Shown here in pieces: positions 19,636 to 31,539 of a stretch of 64,000 bases of DNA. The stretch covers positions 224,001-288,000 of the forward strand of contig CAVYRJ010000008.1 in NCBI GenBank assembly GCA_963770935.1, in the 5' to 3' direction. Below the pieces are notes generated by a model. It had not been told where the DNA came from. It was given only the letters and a program-made list of their open reading frames with translations, and did not search any database. Source of the DNA: Candidatus Bathyarchaeota archaeon. Its GTDB lineage: Archaea > Thermoproteota > Bathyarchaeia > Bathyarchaeales > Bathycorpusculaceae. How positions within the stretch are numbered: the first letter of the stretch is position 1; every line of letters begins with the position of its first letter. The translations under genes and the position numbers were made by a program.

Positions 19636-22600
19636 TTAAGCAGCAGTCACAACGCCATCTTTACAGACGAGTTTTCGCTCTCGCACCAGCCGCTTGAACA
19701 CTTCAGAGAACACTGCGTTGGCTCCATCGCCTGAATGATTTATCCCAAATACTTTTGCGGTTTCTGCAATCAGCGAATCATCGCTTATACCTAAAGCATA
19801 CTGAGCAACTATTGTCATAGCTGATTCAACCTCTTCAGGTGCAATGTAATCGGCTTTGCGCTTTGATTCTGGAAAACCCTGAATTGGCACTCGAATAGGC
19901 GTTTCGCTAAGTCCAATTGGCCACAGAAAACTGCCTTTGATAATCACTTTCTGCATCTTAATCAGGTTGTTTAATGCCTCCCTTACAGCGTGAGCGATTT
20001 TTGGAGTTACCCGTTTTATCCCCCAGGCAGCCGCTAACCGTTCAACTGAATAGTCAAAGTGCACTGGACCTTCGTTTTGAACCAGTTCTGCGAGGAGTTT
20101 GGTTTGGTTTTCTCGGTTTTCTGGAAAATGGAACTCGTTTTTTTGTTTAGAGTCATATTTAGATTTGGCTGTGGCGACCTTGATGTAGGGATTGTAGGTT
20201 GCTTTAAGTGGGTAGACTTTGTAGGGAACCCCGATTTTCTCGATGCCTGCAAATGTGTTTTTCCGGACATCTGTTTGAGATGCTGAGCCTTCTTTGATGT
20301 CTATGATGGGTTTTTGGGCGTCTTTCTCAAGTTGAATTTTTTGGGCTTGTTCAAGGGTTTCTTTTAGACGCCTGATTTCTGAGTCACGTCTTGCAACCCA
20401 TGCTGGTGACCATATGCGGTGCATGCGCCAGCCCAGTTGCCGCAGGACTTGTTCGCGAAGTCTGTCCCTATCACGGGCGCTGCTGCTTGACTTGTATGTG
20501 GCGCCATCGCATTCTACACCAAGAAGGAAATTTCCAGTGTTAACGGGGTCAACAACTCCGATGTCAATTCTACAACCGCTACAACCTACTTCTGGAACGA
20601 CCTCATAGCCCAGTTTTTTGATTTCCGCTGCTACATCTTGGTCTAAGGATGAATCAAAAGCGCCTTCCTTTGATTTAGTCGGTAAGGTTTCAGGTCCAAG
20701 CTCAGCATAATCAAGATAGGTGCGCAGTGTTTGTACTCCCAGTGCTTGAGTGTCTTTATCAATATCAGAACCTTTAATGGAAGTTATCATCACGACTTTC
20801 TCTCGAGCGCGTGTAACGGCAACGTTTAGGCGCCGTTCGCCGCCTGGTTTGTTTAAGGGTCCAAAGTTCATTGTCATTTGTCCCTGCTGGTCAAAGCCGT
20901 AGCCAACACTAAAAAAAATGACGTCGCGTTCGTCTCCTTGCACGTTCTCAAGGTTCTTTACGAAGAAGCCTTCTAAACGGTCTTCTTTAAAGAAGAGTTC
21001 GAAGTCAGGTTGTTCTTTTCTTCGGCGATCGATAGCTTCTTCAATGGCATCCATCTGTGCAATGCTAAAGGTTACGACACCCAATGTTTTCTTGGGATAG
21101 TTTTTGAAATGCTCAAACACAAGGTCGACGACTTTTTCTGCTTCTTTTAGGTTGTTTCTTGCTCCGCCTCGGTCATAAATTCCGTCTGGCACATGGACGA
21201 GTTTTACGCCTAAACTGTCATTTTCTGCTTTTGCAGCTGGGAACGTTATCATGGTGTCATCGTAGAAGCGGTGATTGGAGAACGCGATGAGCTCTTCGTG
21301 TTTGCTGCGGTAGTGCCACCTCAGCGTTTTTACTGGCAAGCCTATGCCTAAACATTCGTCTAATATACTGTCGAAAACTTCTATGTCGTCATCGCTAAGT
21401 TCATCCCAGTCGACATCGCCGATTAAGTTTTTCTGGAAGAAGCTGGTAGGCGGCAGCTGCTTGTTATCGCCTGCAACAACAAGCGTTTTGCCCCGGTAGA
21501 TAGCACCTATGGCGTCTTCGGGAACAAGCTGCGATGCCTCATCGAAAAGAACTAAGTCAAACTTGCTATCTGGAGGCAAAAACTGGCTAACGGAGATGGG
21601 GCTCATCAACAGGCAAGGCTTTAGTTTGACAAGTAGATTTGGAATCTTTTGCATCAGCGTACGAATCGGCATAAGGCGCCTTTTCTTTGCAGCCTCTTTG
21701 AGCAAAATGTTTGCTTCGGTGTCGGCTGCTTGTATCAGGATATCTTGGGGTTTTCTTGCTATTCGCTGATTCAATAACCATACTGGATGTGAGGTAGATT
21801 AATTCTTGGTCGAGTTTTCGGAAGTCAGCGATTAACTGCTCATGGTTCTCGCGGCGGAATCTGCCCAATTTCTGGTCTTCGTTATATAGATTGTTTATCC
21901 ATTCCTGGTAAACACTCTTCCGGAAAACCTCACCCAAGTCGGCTGCTGAAATATGCTGTTCAACTAAACGGCTAAAGAACTGATCTAGATTTCGTAGATT
22001 GAAGCGATTCTTAACGTCTCTAAAGTCGATCCAAACCTGCAAATCATCCACCCGGTCGCGGAGTACTTGGATTCGCTCGATTATTACTTTGATTTCTAAT
22101 TCCTTTAGATTTTGGTTTCGGTATTTCATCTCAGTTTCGAAACGCTTTTCAAAATCCGCCAGAACCTTAAGCGAACTCTCGTTTTGCTGCTGTTAGTTCT
22201 GAGTTGGATGGCGCTGCAACCGGTCCTTGAGCGGCAATGTCTGCAAAAGCTTGGGGTACAGGGATGTCGCGAAATGCGGCTTGCACTTTTTTGCTCCATT
22301 CAAGCACAAAGACAATGTCTTGCCAATTGGTTTCTAATTCGTTGAAGCGACTGCCAAATTTGGTTTGCAACTGGACTCTTTCGCCTACAATCCGGGTTTC
22401 CTGTTTTCGTATATCTTCAGCGTTTTTGAGGTCTTGTATGAGTTGTTTGAAGTTTTGGGGTTCTTGCTTGCAGGTTGCTAAGGTGTCTCTTGTTAGTGCG
22501 CAGAGGAGGTTTTGCTGTTTTTCTAGGTCGTTTGCCCATTCCTCAAGCGTTGAAAGCGCAGTTTGTGTAATTGGCTTATCGGATTTTGGAATAGTTGGTG

Positions 22601-25305
22601 GAATTAATGATTCTAATTCCTTGCTTTGTTGCTCCCATCGATCAACAGATTCTTGCATTTCCAAACCCAAATTCTTAATCATAGGCGATGGGCTTGTTGA
22701 ACTGGTGAGCAATTTTAGAAGAGATTCAGGAATTTGGGTTCCCCATGACAACTTTTTAATTTCGTCGATTAGCGCTATGGCTTTTTCTGCGCCTTGGAAG
22801 TCCGTTCGGGTCTTGTGGTAATAGCGACCCATTAAAGTGCGAACAGATTCAACTGAATCCTCAATCTTCGCTTTCAGTTTTTTGACTTTCCGAGCGTCGA
22901 TAAGGTCTTGTTGTATTGTTTTTGGGACTTTACCTTCGTTTGTTATCCGAGCAATAGCTTTTTGGTCGTTGCGGTACGTTGAATTGAAGATTTTCAAACC
23001 ACTCTGGTATTCTCCACTGTACCTTTCAATTATTCCGTCCAAGTCTAACTCGTAGATGCCGTCGCTATAGGTTTCTTCTATCCTGCTCTTTGTCAAGTTG
23101 TATTCTAGATAGAGCTGCTTTGCCTTGGAAACGGTTTCTTGGACTTGCTCAAGGTATTTAGCGTCAAACCATTCTGGCTCTGGCTTATCATCAGCAAAGC
23201 ACAGCAGTGCTATCCGGGATAAACTGCTTTAGCTGTGTAACCGTCAAGTCGCCGCCGTCTAAACCTAGTAGCTGAGCGAGTACTTGAGAGGTTTCACGCC
23301 ACTTTCGGGAAGCCAATTGAGTATTTCGGGAAAAAGCCAAGAATTTTTCACGTTTCCCCAGCAATTCGCCTTCTTCTACGTTGATTTGCTGGAAGCAGGT
23401 TACCCAATGCTGATACTGCCTGCTGCAACTCGGCTGACCTGTTTAAGTCCAGAGCGAACAATGATGGTTGGTAGCGTTCCATGAGGTTGGCGCGAGTGCT
23501 TCTTTATCCAGATGCTGGTTTGAAGGTAGTTTTGTGCTTCGTTTAGGAGTTTGTCAAGGTTTGTGTTTGTTAACCAGTTACTTTCGGGCTTAGGACTCTC
23601 AAAGAGGAGTCTGCTGACGTCAAGGAGCCATTGTATTCGCGCAAACGTTTCAGGTGGAAACACACCCAGTTTGGCGGAAAATTCTTCGGTTTCCAGCTGC
23701 AAACTACGTAATTTTTCATTAATTTTAACAAGCGTTGTGAGGAGTTCGCTTCGGATTTCAAGGTTGTATTTGTCAGCGCGGTAGCCTAACCAAGGAAAAT
23801 CGGGCTCCTCGATTACCTGCCAAACTTTGCTTAGCTGCGAAACCAGTTCCTCAAGCTCACGCATCTTTTGCGGAGTCAACGTTCCCAACTCCGTTAATCC
23901 CACGGATACAAACGGAACGCGCTCGAGGCTTGAGATTATGCTTAGAACGTCATAGACGCTTCTCTGCAGGTACGGACGCTTATCATGCAACGCGGTGACG
24001 TAGCCGTTTAAGGCTTCACGGTATTCTGCCAGCCGCTCAAACTCATGTGCCGAGGGTAATTTGCGCGGAACAAGGTTTTCGTCGAGGCTGCGTTTGAGTT
24101 CCGCCACGACTTGCTGCTTGTTGGCTTTGCTACTGTGAAGTTCAAGGCAGAAATGCGCCAAACCCACCTGGCTAAGCCGTTTATAAACAACTTCCAATGC
24201 CGCCATCTTGTCACTGACAAAGAGCACGCTTTTGCCGTTAGCGATGCATTCGGCAATGATGTTTGCAATCGTCTGGCTTTTGCCTGTGCCGGGGGGACCT
24301 TTCATGACAAAGCTTTGTCCACGCAGGGCGTATTCGATGGAGACCCGTTGGCTGCTGTCAGCGTCGAGGACCTGGTAGGTTTTGGCTGGTGCCTCAATCT
24401 TGTCAACGTCTTTCTCGTCGGGCAAACCGTTCAAAATCAAGTTGTCTTCTTTGATGCCTGCTATTGCTTTGATTATAGGATGTTGGGTAACCAGAGCAGC
24501 GTTAGATTCTAAATCTTTGTAGATAACAAGTTTCTGGAAGGAAAAAAGCCCCAAATCAACCGATGGCTCAGTCTTCCAGCCCATTTCCGCCACTGCAGCC
24601 TCAACCAGCTTAAAGTAGTCAGCTAACTTTGATTCTTCCCACTCCTCAGGCAACGACGGCAACTCGATTTTGTAGTCATTCTTCAGTTTAGCCTGCAACG
24701 CAGGGTTTAAGACAGCTTCATCTTCAACAGGAGGCACAGCGATGCTGTAGGGTTGTCTAATGGAATCGCGTCTCAACTCCAAAGGCACAAGAATTAGGGG
24801 CGACTGGACATTTTCTTTTGTTTCCAAATCCACCCAGTTAAGCGTCCCAAAAGCCGCATGCAAAATGCGGACACCCCGTTCCATGTAATCCAGCAAGGGA
24901 ACGACTTTGCAGATTTTTTAGAACACGTTCAAGGTCCATGTGATTTAAACTGCCGCTAACCAACTGATTTGCTGTAGGGCGTTTTATTTCATCAGGGGTG
25001 GTGGCTGGTATGAGGGCAGATTTTGCCGTTTTGGGTTCGGTTTTGGTTTTGCCCTTGCCTTTGGCTATTGTTTTTTCGAGTTTTTCTGGGTTTTTGGTTT
25101 CTTCTTGAGGTTGCCAGAATTCTAACTGATTCTTTTTTATGACGAGTGCGTCGAAGATTTTTTGTTGGTCAGGTTGGGTGATTTGGAGGCTTCCACGTTT
25201 GCCTTTGTGGAAGTAGAGCAGGTTGTTTTTTCTTGAGAGGTCAATTAACCTAGATTTCCAGTCTTCAACACGCTTCATGGGTGAGGAGGAAATAGTTTCA
25301 GTCAT
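19636..25305 (-). CDS. Large DUF4011-SF1 helicase-Vsr/REase-DUF3320 protein (~1,890 aa, Hhe-like), split by several frameshifts
   Basis: WKSRLIDLSRKNNLL (DUF4011); DADSSQ and GPPGTGKSQTIAN; MSPISVSQ, FDEASQ, GDNKQLPP, WHYRS, ENVQGDERD, RLNVAVTRAR; RIDIGV..LGVECDG..RDRDRLR..GW..HRIWS; EGPVH (DUF3320). Confidence 0.88.
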
Positions 25306-25423
25306 GTAAAGGCATATCCCCAAGCGATTCGGTAGGATTATTGTGTGTAGGGTTGTTTAATACTTACGGTACTTTAACTTGGTTTCAAACATTCAGTTAG
25401 CCCATTTCTTGGAGCAAAAAGAG

Positions 25424-26046
25424 TCAGTTGATTCTACATGCTTGGTCTATTGCATCCAAAACTACCTGTTTAACGTTCCCGATGCCTACTTTTCTTATTT
25501 CAAGAATCTTAAGGCCCATCCCTGACTTCTCAATATCTTCTCTGCATTTTTCCGCGTCTTCGCAGGTATCCAAAATTACCGCGCCCTTAATACCGCTGAA
25601 CATGCCTGTAAACGCTGCCTCGTCAACTCCTTCTTTTAGCATTTGTTCTTTAGCGTACTTAAAGAACCCAATCATGCCTGGACCCATGAACATGAGGTTG
25701 TGGTCAGGGTCAGCCTCTAACGATTTGCCTTTGCCGCCTAATTGGCAGTCGATACAGTTCACCGCATCTACCTTCACTATGCCATATTCTTGCGATAACT
25801 TTTTCATTTCGTTGTCTTGCCCAAGACACAGGTCACCGTAAACGAGCACGACTTTGCCCTTGAATCTTTTAAGGGTTTGTTCTAGAACTTTACGCAGATT
25901 TTTCTCAAGTGCCGTGTAGTCGATGTGGAAAAACTTACTCACAAAAACCAGTTCAGCATCAAGTTCACCTTGCTTGACTAAAATGCTCGAGTTCTTCTCT
26001 TAACACACTACAGGAAACCAGACAAACCTTGGGTTTTTCAAACAAA
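25424..26046 (-). CDS. DUF1638-family protein; frameshift near 25980, start approximate
   Basis: Upstream frame KPKVCLVSCSVLREELE joins ..FFH....LE..L; VLVYGDLC; DAVNCIDCQLGG. Confidence 0.7.
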
Positions 26047-26168
26047 CTTTCAGCTTCTTAATAATCATAGTTACCAATTTACCAATAAAGTTTTGCGATA
26101 GTGAAAAAATGGTTTTAGTCTTAAAAATTTTAAACTTTATTTAATCGCACAAACACGCACTGGTCACT

Positions 26169-26567
26169 CTATGGTTTAAAGCAGTATCGTTGCCATTGCG
26201 GCCATTGCTGCGTTGTTGTGCAGGTGCCAAAGTCTAAAGTTAATTCCATGCCTATCTTCAGTTGCCCCTGAGTTACATCCTGAATCATTCCAGGGATTCT
26301 TAAGCCGTTTTCAAATTCTATAATGCCAACGGAATAGGGCGTCAAGGCTTGGAACTGCGCAGGTGCGATGCTGATAACTGTGTAAGTAAGCAGTTTGCCT
26401 TTGCCGGAAACGTTGATCCACTCGAATTCTTGGGAATAGCAGTTGTCGCATAGGGGTCTTGGTGGCAAATGGATTTTTCCGCATTTTAGGCATTTTCCAG
26501 CCTTCAGCTTGCCCTGCTGAAGAAACTTGTAGAACTGCTCAATTGTGAAAGGCTCATGAGTAATCAT
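26169..26567 (-). CDS. DUF35 Zn-ribbon/OB-fold protein (thiolase partner)
   Basis: KCLKCGKIHLPPRPLCDNC, GKGKLLTYTVI, LKIGM. Confidence 0.9.
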   Translation of the reverse strand: MITHEPFTIEQFYKFLQQGKLKAGKCLKCGKIHLPPRPLCDNCYSQEFEWINVSGKGKLLTYTVISIAPAQFQALTPYSVGIIEFENGLRIPGMIQDVTQGQLKIGMELTLDFGTCTTTQQWPQWQRYCFKP

Positions 26568-27742
26568 TGTTGTGCGCTCCTGTAGAGGTGAACTACTGAT
26601 GTAGCGCCTGAACCGCCTACGTTTTGGGTTAAGCCTATTTTAGCGTCTTTAACTTGACGTTTCCCCGCTTGATTGGTAAGTTGCAGATAGATTTCGTAAG
26701 CTTGAGCCGTTCCTGTTGCACCAACTGGGTGACCTTTAGCTTTTAAGCCCCCGCTTGTGTTTACTGGAACTCTGCCTCCAAGACGGGTTTCGCCGCTTTC
26801 GATTAATTTACCGCCCTCGCCTTTCTTGCAAAATCCGAGGTCTTCGTATGCCATGAGTTCCGCGAATGTGAAACAGTCGTGAACTTCAGCCAAGTTTACC
26901 TGTTGTGGTGTCACTTGAGCCATTTCATAGGCTGTTTTCGCCGCTATCTTTGTTGCGTTTAGTGAGGTGAAGCTTTCTCGTTCGTATAATCCGATGGTGT
27001 CACTGGCTTGTCCGCTACCAACAATATGGACTGGTTGGTCAGTGAATTTGCTTGCCAACTCGGGTTTGGTTAAGATTATGCAGCTTGCGCCGTCAGTTAT
27101 GAGTGAGCAATCGTAGAGTTTAAGAGGCCAAGCTACGTAACGGGAAGCCATAACGGTTTCCAAGGTGATTTCTTTTTGCATATGGGCCTTCGGGTTGAGA
27201 CTGCCATGGTAATGGTTTTTGACCGCTACCAAGGCAATCTGCTTCTCCGTAGTGCCGTAAGTGTGCATGTGGGCAGTCGCCATCAACGCAAACAACCCTG
27301 GGAAAGTGATGCCATGAAACTGTTCAAAAGGATAATCGGATGCCATAGCCAAGTACTCGGTAACTTCAGCTGTAGTGCGATGCGTCATCTTCTCTACACC
27401 GCCTACTACCACCACATCTGCTAGCCCAGACATGACCGCGTAAATGCCTGAACGTAAAGCAACGCCGGAAGAACCACACGCTGCCTCTGTGCGCGTTGCT
27501 GGAATTCCGACAAGACCAGCCCAATCCGCAATTGCGCTACCAGTGTGCCCTTGATGTTCGTAGGCTTCACCCATGTGCCCGATAAAGAGGGCTTTAATGT
27601 CGCGTTTCGGTTCCAATTTGGGGCAGCGACTGAACGCTTCACTTGCCGCCTCGCTGAAAATTTCTCTTGCAAGTAGACCATCACGTTTGCCGAATTTGGA
27701 CATGCCTGCGCTGATTATACTGACGAGCGGTTTCCCATTCAA
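26564..27742 (-). CDS. Archaeal SCP2-type thiolase (acetyl-CoA acetyltransferase)
   Basis: EAACGSS, AVKNH, CSLITDGA, EVHDCF, VNTSGGLKAKGHPVGATG, QNVGG; TTG start inferred. Confidence 0.92.
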   Translation of the reverse strand: MNGKPLVSIISAGMSKFGKRDGLLAREIFSEAASEAFSRCPKLEPKRDIKALFIGHMGEAYEHQGHTGSAIADWAGLVGIPATRTEAACGSSGVALRSGIYAVMSGLADVVVVGGVEKMTHRTTAEVTEYLAMASDYPFEQFHGITFPGLFALMATAHMHTYGTTEKQIALVAVKNHYHGSLNPKAHMQKEITLETVMASRYVAWPLKLYDCSLITDGASCIILTKPELASKFTDQPVHIVGSGQASDTIGLYERESFTSLNATKIAAKTAYEMAQVTPQQVNLAEVHDCFTFAELMAYEDLGFCKKGEGGKLIESGETRLGGRVPVNTSGGLKAKGHPVGATGTAQAYEIYLQLTNQAGKRQVKDAKIGLTQNVGGSGATSVVHLYRSAQQ

Positions 27743-27967
27743 ACCATTATGCCTCTTTATGATGCCTATACATTGATGCCAACCCAGAATAAAAACCCAC
27801 ATCGTATTTTTGACTCTTAGAAAGTCAACCCTTTCCAAATAATTCGATATAGAGTGATGACCTATGCCACAATCACATTTCATTAAAAATTATCTTAAAC
27901 AATGGATAGCAAGTAAAACTGTGCATTTGTTGAGACCCCCTTAAGGGGTAATAGTCAACTCCGAACG

Positions 27968-28940
27968 CTAGAGTCCTGCGACATAGATGCGTAAAGCAAA
28001 AATGGGCACCACAACAACTAACCCAAATAGAGCAGCAGTTACCGTCATCACCCGTAAAGCCTTCGGAATGTCTTCAGGTGAAATCCCATGGTCATCACCA
28101 AGGGTGTAGTAACCTTGTTTTTCAAGTTGTATGTTTAAGGCTCCTGCCATGGCGGAGATGGTGTAGCCCGCGTTTGGGCTTGCAGTTTTGTGTTTGTCAC
28201 GTTGGAGAATGCGATAGGACTCTCGCCAGTCTTCACGCAGAATAAACGATGCTGCAACCATCAAGTAAGCAGTCAACCTAGCGGGAACGTAGTTAGTTAT
28301 CGTATCCATTTTAGCTGAGAACCAGCCAATATTCTTGAATTCAGCGTTCTTGTAGCCAACCATCGAATCCAAAGTGTTGATTACACGATAAGCAAAAGCA
28401 CCTGGAACTCCAAACAACGCAAAAAAGAAGAACGGAGCGGTTATGCCATCAGTGGTGCTTTCAGCGATGGATTCGACGGATGCTGAAATAATTTGGCGTT
28501 CATTAAGGGTGTTTGGGTCACGTCGGACAATGTAGGGCAACCATTTCCTCGCAGCAGCTAAATCGTTCCGTTTCAATGCTTTAGCAATGGGTTTTGTATA
28601 TTGTCCCATGCCTGAAATGGCGAACGTTGCTTTGAACAGGATTGCACCTATAACAATGTAGAGGATATTCTCCGTATGGAAGAGTTCTGAGCCAGAAAAG
28701 CAGTGCAAAAACGGGGAGCGCAACAATCAGAATTATAACCAATGCCATTAAGACGCCGTTTGCTTTTTCCACTTTTGGATTTGGGTTTTTGGCTTTGCGC
28801 TTCAGGTAGGTGATTATTTTTCCGATGCCTATAGTTGGGTGAATTCTATCAGGGTACTCGCCCAAGAACAAATCAATCAAAAAGGCTAATGTGAAGATGA
28901 GAGCGGAATCGACAAACAAAGAAACGTCAAACCAAAACAT
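27968..28940 (-). CDS. cbiB: Adenosylcobinamide-phosphate synthase CbiB; frameshift near 28680
   Basis: LGEYPDRIHP, VRRDP, ESIAESTTDGITAP, YRVINTLDSMVGYKN, SPNAGY, MAGAL...LEKQGYY. Confidence 0.9.
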
Positions 28941-28943
28941 AGG

Positions 28944-30080
28944 TCACGACTCAGATTGCTTTACTAACTGTCTGAATGCGTTAATCATCCGCTCATTTTC
29001 CTGGTGTGTTTTTACGGCAACCCGAATGTAAAACTCATCGAGCCCCATAAAGGAGGTGCAATCGCGAATCAGAATACCTTGCTTTAGCATTTTGCTCTTT
29101 AACTCGGCTGCCGTGAAGCCTGACTTGCGAACGTCGATGAAAAAAAAGTTGGCGTCAGGTGCAATAAATTTGAATCCGACAAATTTTCCAAATTCCCCAA
29201 TTAACCATGCCTTCTCTTTTTGGATAAGCTCAACGGTAACTCGCAAGTGTTTTTCATCATTTAATGCAGCAACCGCAGCAGCCTGTGCTATACAGTTAAC
29301 ATTCCAAGGAATCTTGGCGCTTGAAAGCACATTTATGATTTCGGGGTTAGCAAGCCCATAGCCAACTCGCAAGCCAGTTAAGCCAAAAATTTTTGTAAAA
29401 GACCGCAAGATGAACAAGTTGGGATATTTGTTAATTTTGTTGATCATTGAAAGAGATTTTTCGTTGTCAACAAACTCCAGAAAGTCTTCGTCGAGGAAAA
29501 CAAGCGTATCCTGCGCCAGCGTTGTCTCAATTATTTCTTCCAAGATTTCTTGGGAAATGAGCATACTGGTCGGGTTGTTGGGGTTACAAAGGAAAACAAG
29601 TTTGGCACCAGCCATCTCACGTTTGAACACTTCTGGCTCAATCATGAAGGTTTTGCCCAGCTTGACGAATTTTGTTATTTCTCCAGTTTTGCATACAGCA
29701 CTAGCGTATTCGCCAAATGTCGGCGCTGGCATAACCGTCCTGTCACCTTTTTTCACGAAAACCTCAGCGAATAGGTACATAAGTTCGGTGGAGCCATTGC
29801 CCACTATTATATTGCCCTTATTCATGCCAAAATGACTTGCAATAACTTGCCTTAGCTCGTTGGAGTTTGAGTCTGGATAAGCCGCAATTTGGTTGAAGGC
29901 TCCTCTGGCAGCATCAAGCGCTTTTTTTGACGGACCCAACGGATTGACGCTGGAACTAAAATCCAAAATGTTTTGCGGTAAAAGCCCACTTTCTTCTGCG
30001 GCACCTAAAACCTCTGCGCCGTGAACACAGGGCTTAAGATTTTTAACGTTATCCCTAATTAGGCTCTTGATGGGCTTCAT
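28944..30080 (-). CDS. cobD: Threonine-phosphate decarboxylase CobD (class I/II PLP enzyme, HisC-like)
   Basis: VHG, ILDFSSSVNPLG, GNGSTE, CNPNNPT, LRSFTKIFGLTGLRVGY, LIRDCTSF; adjacent to cbiB. Confidence 0.82.
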   Translation of the reverse strand: MKPIKSLIRDNVKNLKPCVHGAEVLGAAEESGLLPQNILDFSSSVNPLGPSKKALDAARGAFNQIAAYPDSNSNELRQVIASHFGMNKGNIIVGNGSTELMYLFAEVFVKKGDRTVMPAPTFGEYASAVCKTGEITKFVKLGKTFMIEPEVFKREMAGAKLVFLCNPNNPTSMLISQEILEEIIETTLAQDTLVFLDEDFLEFVDNEKSLSMINKINKYPNLFILRSFTKIFGLTGLRVGYGLANPEIINVLSSAKIPWNVNCIAQAAAVAALNDEKHLRVTVELIQKEKAWLIGEFGKFVGFKFIAPDANFFFIDVRKSGFTAAELKSKMLKQGILIRDCTSFMGLDEFYIRVAVKTHQENERMINAFRQLVKQSES

Positions 30081-30235
30081 TTGGCTTATTCCTTCGCTAC
30101 GCCGCGAAATTCCATGGTTTCTCTTTAACGTAAATCATATAAATGTTTGGTCGGATGTTCCATCCTAAAGACTTATCAGTAAAAGGGTTTTTGAGAAAGC
30201 AAAACAATGATACAATGAAAACGAGGAGATTTTTG

Positions 30236-30418
30236 TTGAGCGACAAGTTAGACAAACACAAAATTCAAGAATTAAGAGAAATGGTAAAAGAAAAAGCTCC
30301 AGATCAACCAGTTGAGAAGGTTCTAGCAGTCTTTTGCGAACGCCACGGACTCACATCCGGAACATGCAGGTACTACTACAACCTTTTAGTTGAAAACGGC
30401 GATATTAAAGAAAAATAA
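30236..30418 (+). CDS. Small hypothetical protein
   Basis: GAGGAG SD before TTG; 60-aa helical ORF. Confidence 0.6.
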   Translation: MSDKLDKHKIQELREMVKEKAPDQPVEKVLAVFCERHGLTSGTCRYYYNLLVENGDIKEK

Positions 30419-30459
30419 GTTTAAGTTTAAACCCTCAATTACTCTACAAGGGCTCACAG

Positions 30460-31257
30460 TTGAATGAACTTATCTTCATAGGTTTAGGCTTAAACGACGA
30501 GAAAGGTATCACGGTCAAAGGCTTAGAAGAAACCAAGAGTGCGGACGCGGTTTTCATGGAAACATACACAAGCCTCATGCCTGACTTTAGCCTGCAGCGA
30601 TTTGAGACTTTGTGCGGCAAAAAAATTCAAGTGGTATCCAGATTTGACTTGGAAGAAGAGAACGGAACCCTAATACTCCAAGCCGCCAAAGTTGGCAAGA
30701 CCGTGCTTCTTGTTCCAGGTGACCCTTTCATCGCTACAACTCATGTCACCTTGCGGATCGATGCGAAAAAACAGGGGATAAAAACGCGAATAATTCATGG
30801 AACTTCTATTATGTCAGCAATAATCAGCTTATCGGGTTTGCATAATTACAAATTCGGAAAAACCGTTACTGTGCCATTTCCCGAAAACTTTTCTGAAACT
30901 CCCTATAACGTTATTGTTCAAAACAAGAAACTTGGTTTACATACGCTTTGCCTGTTAGATTTAAAGGCTAAAGAAAAACTCTTCCTATCAATTAACCAAG
31001 CCCTCAAGATGCTAAGGGAAGTTGAAGAAAAAAAGAAGCTGGGCGTGATTTCACAAGATACGGTTGCGGTTGGAATAGCAAGAGCAGGAGGTAATAATGC
31101 CACCATAAAAGCCGATTTCGTTAAAGACTTGGAAAATTTTGATTTCGGGGAACCGCCTTTCAGTCTGATTTTTCCAGGGGACTTGCATTTTATGGAGGTT
31201 GATTCGTTGATTGCTTTTGGGGGTGCGCCAACCAGTTTTAGGAGGCTAGACAAATAA
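30460..31257 (+). CDS. dph5: Diphthine synthase
   Basis: FIGLGL, ETYTS, GDPFIATTH, GLHNYKFGKTVT, GLHTLCLLD. Confidence 0.95.
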   Translation: MNELIFIGLGLNDEKGITVKGLEETKSADAVFMETYTSLMPDFSLQRFETLCGKKIQVVSRFDLEEENGTLILQAAKVGKTVLLVPGDPFIATTHVTLRIDAKKQGIKTRIIHGTSIMSAIISLSGLHNYKFGKTVTVPFPENFSETPYNVIVQNKKLGLHTLCLLDLKAKEKLFLSINQALKMLREVEEKKKLGVISQDTVAVGIARAGGNNATIKADFVKDLENFDFGEPPFSLIFPGDLHFMEVDSLIAFGGAPTSFRRLDK

Positions 31258-31290
31258 GCCTCGAAACATTGACATGCGAAGTACATTTCG

Positions 31291-31539
31291 ATGGCTGAAA
31301 GAGTTTTTAAGGAAATTAAGCGAACCCAAACCCCAATTAACCTAACAGAGGAGTCGGTGGCGCATGTTTTAGGGTGGGCAGCTGATTACTTGGAGGATGC
31401 AAAGTATTATAAGGCTCAAGGCAACCTTGAAACAAGTTTAACCTCAGTAGCTTACTGCGAAGGGCTACTTGATGCTTTAAGATTATTGGGCGCAGTGAAC
31501 TTTGAATGGCCAACAAACCAAGAAAAAAAATTGTCTTAG
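31291..31539 (+). CDS. DUF357 protein
   Basis: YLEDAKYY...SVAYCEGLLDALRLLG; usual position downstream of dph5. Confidence 0.82.
   Translation: MAERVFKEIKRTQTPINLTEESVAHVLGWAADYLEDAKYYKAQGNLETSLTSVAYCEGLLDALRLLGAVNFEWPTNQEKKLS

Noticed and set aside
22237-22821. Long antisense ORFs (e.g. 194 aa opposite the helicase; others opposite TrmB and cobD)
   Set aside because: Shadow ORFs on the reverse strand of well-supported genes, with atypical Ser/Phe-rich composition.
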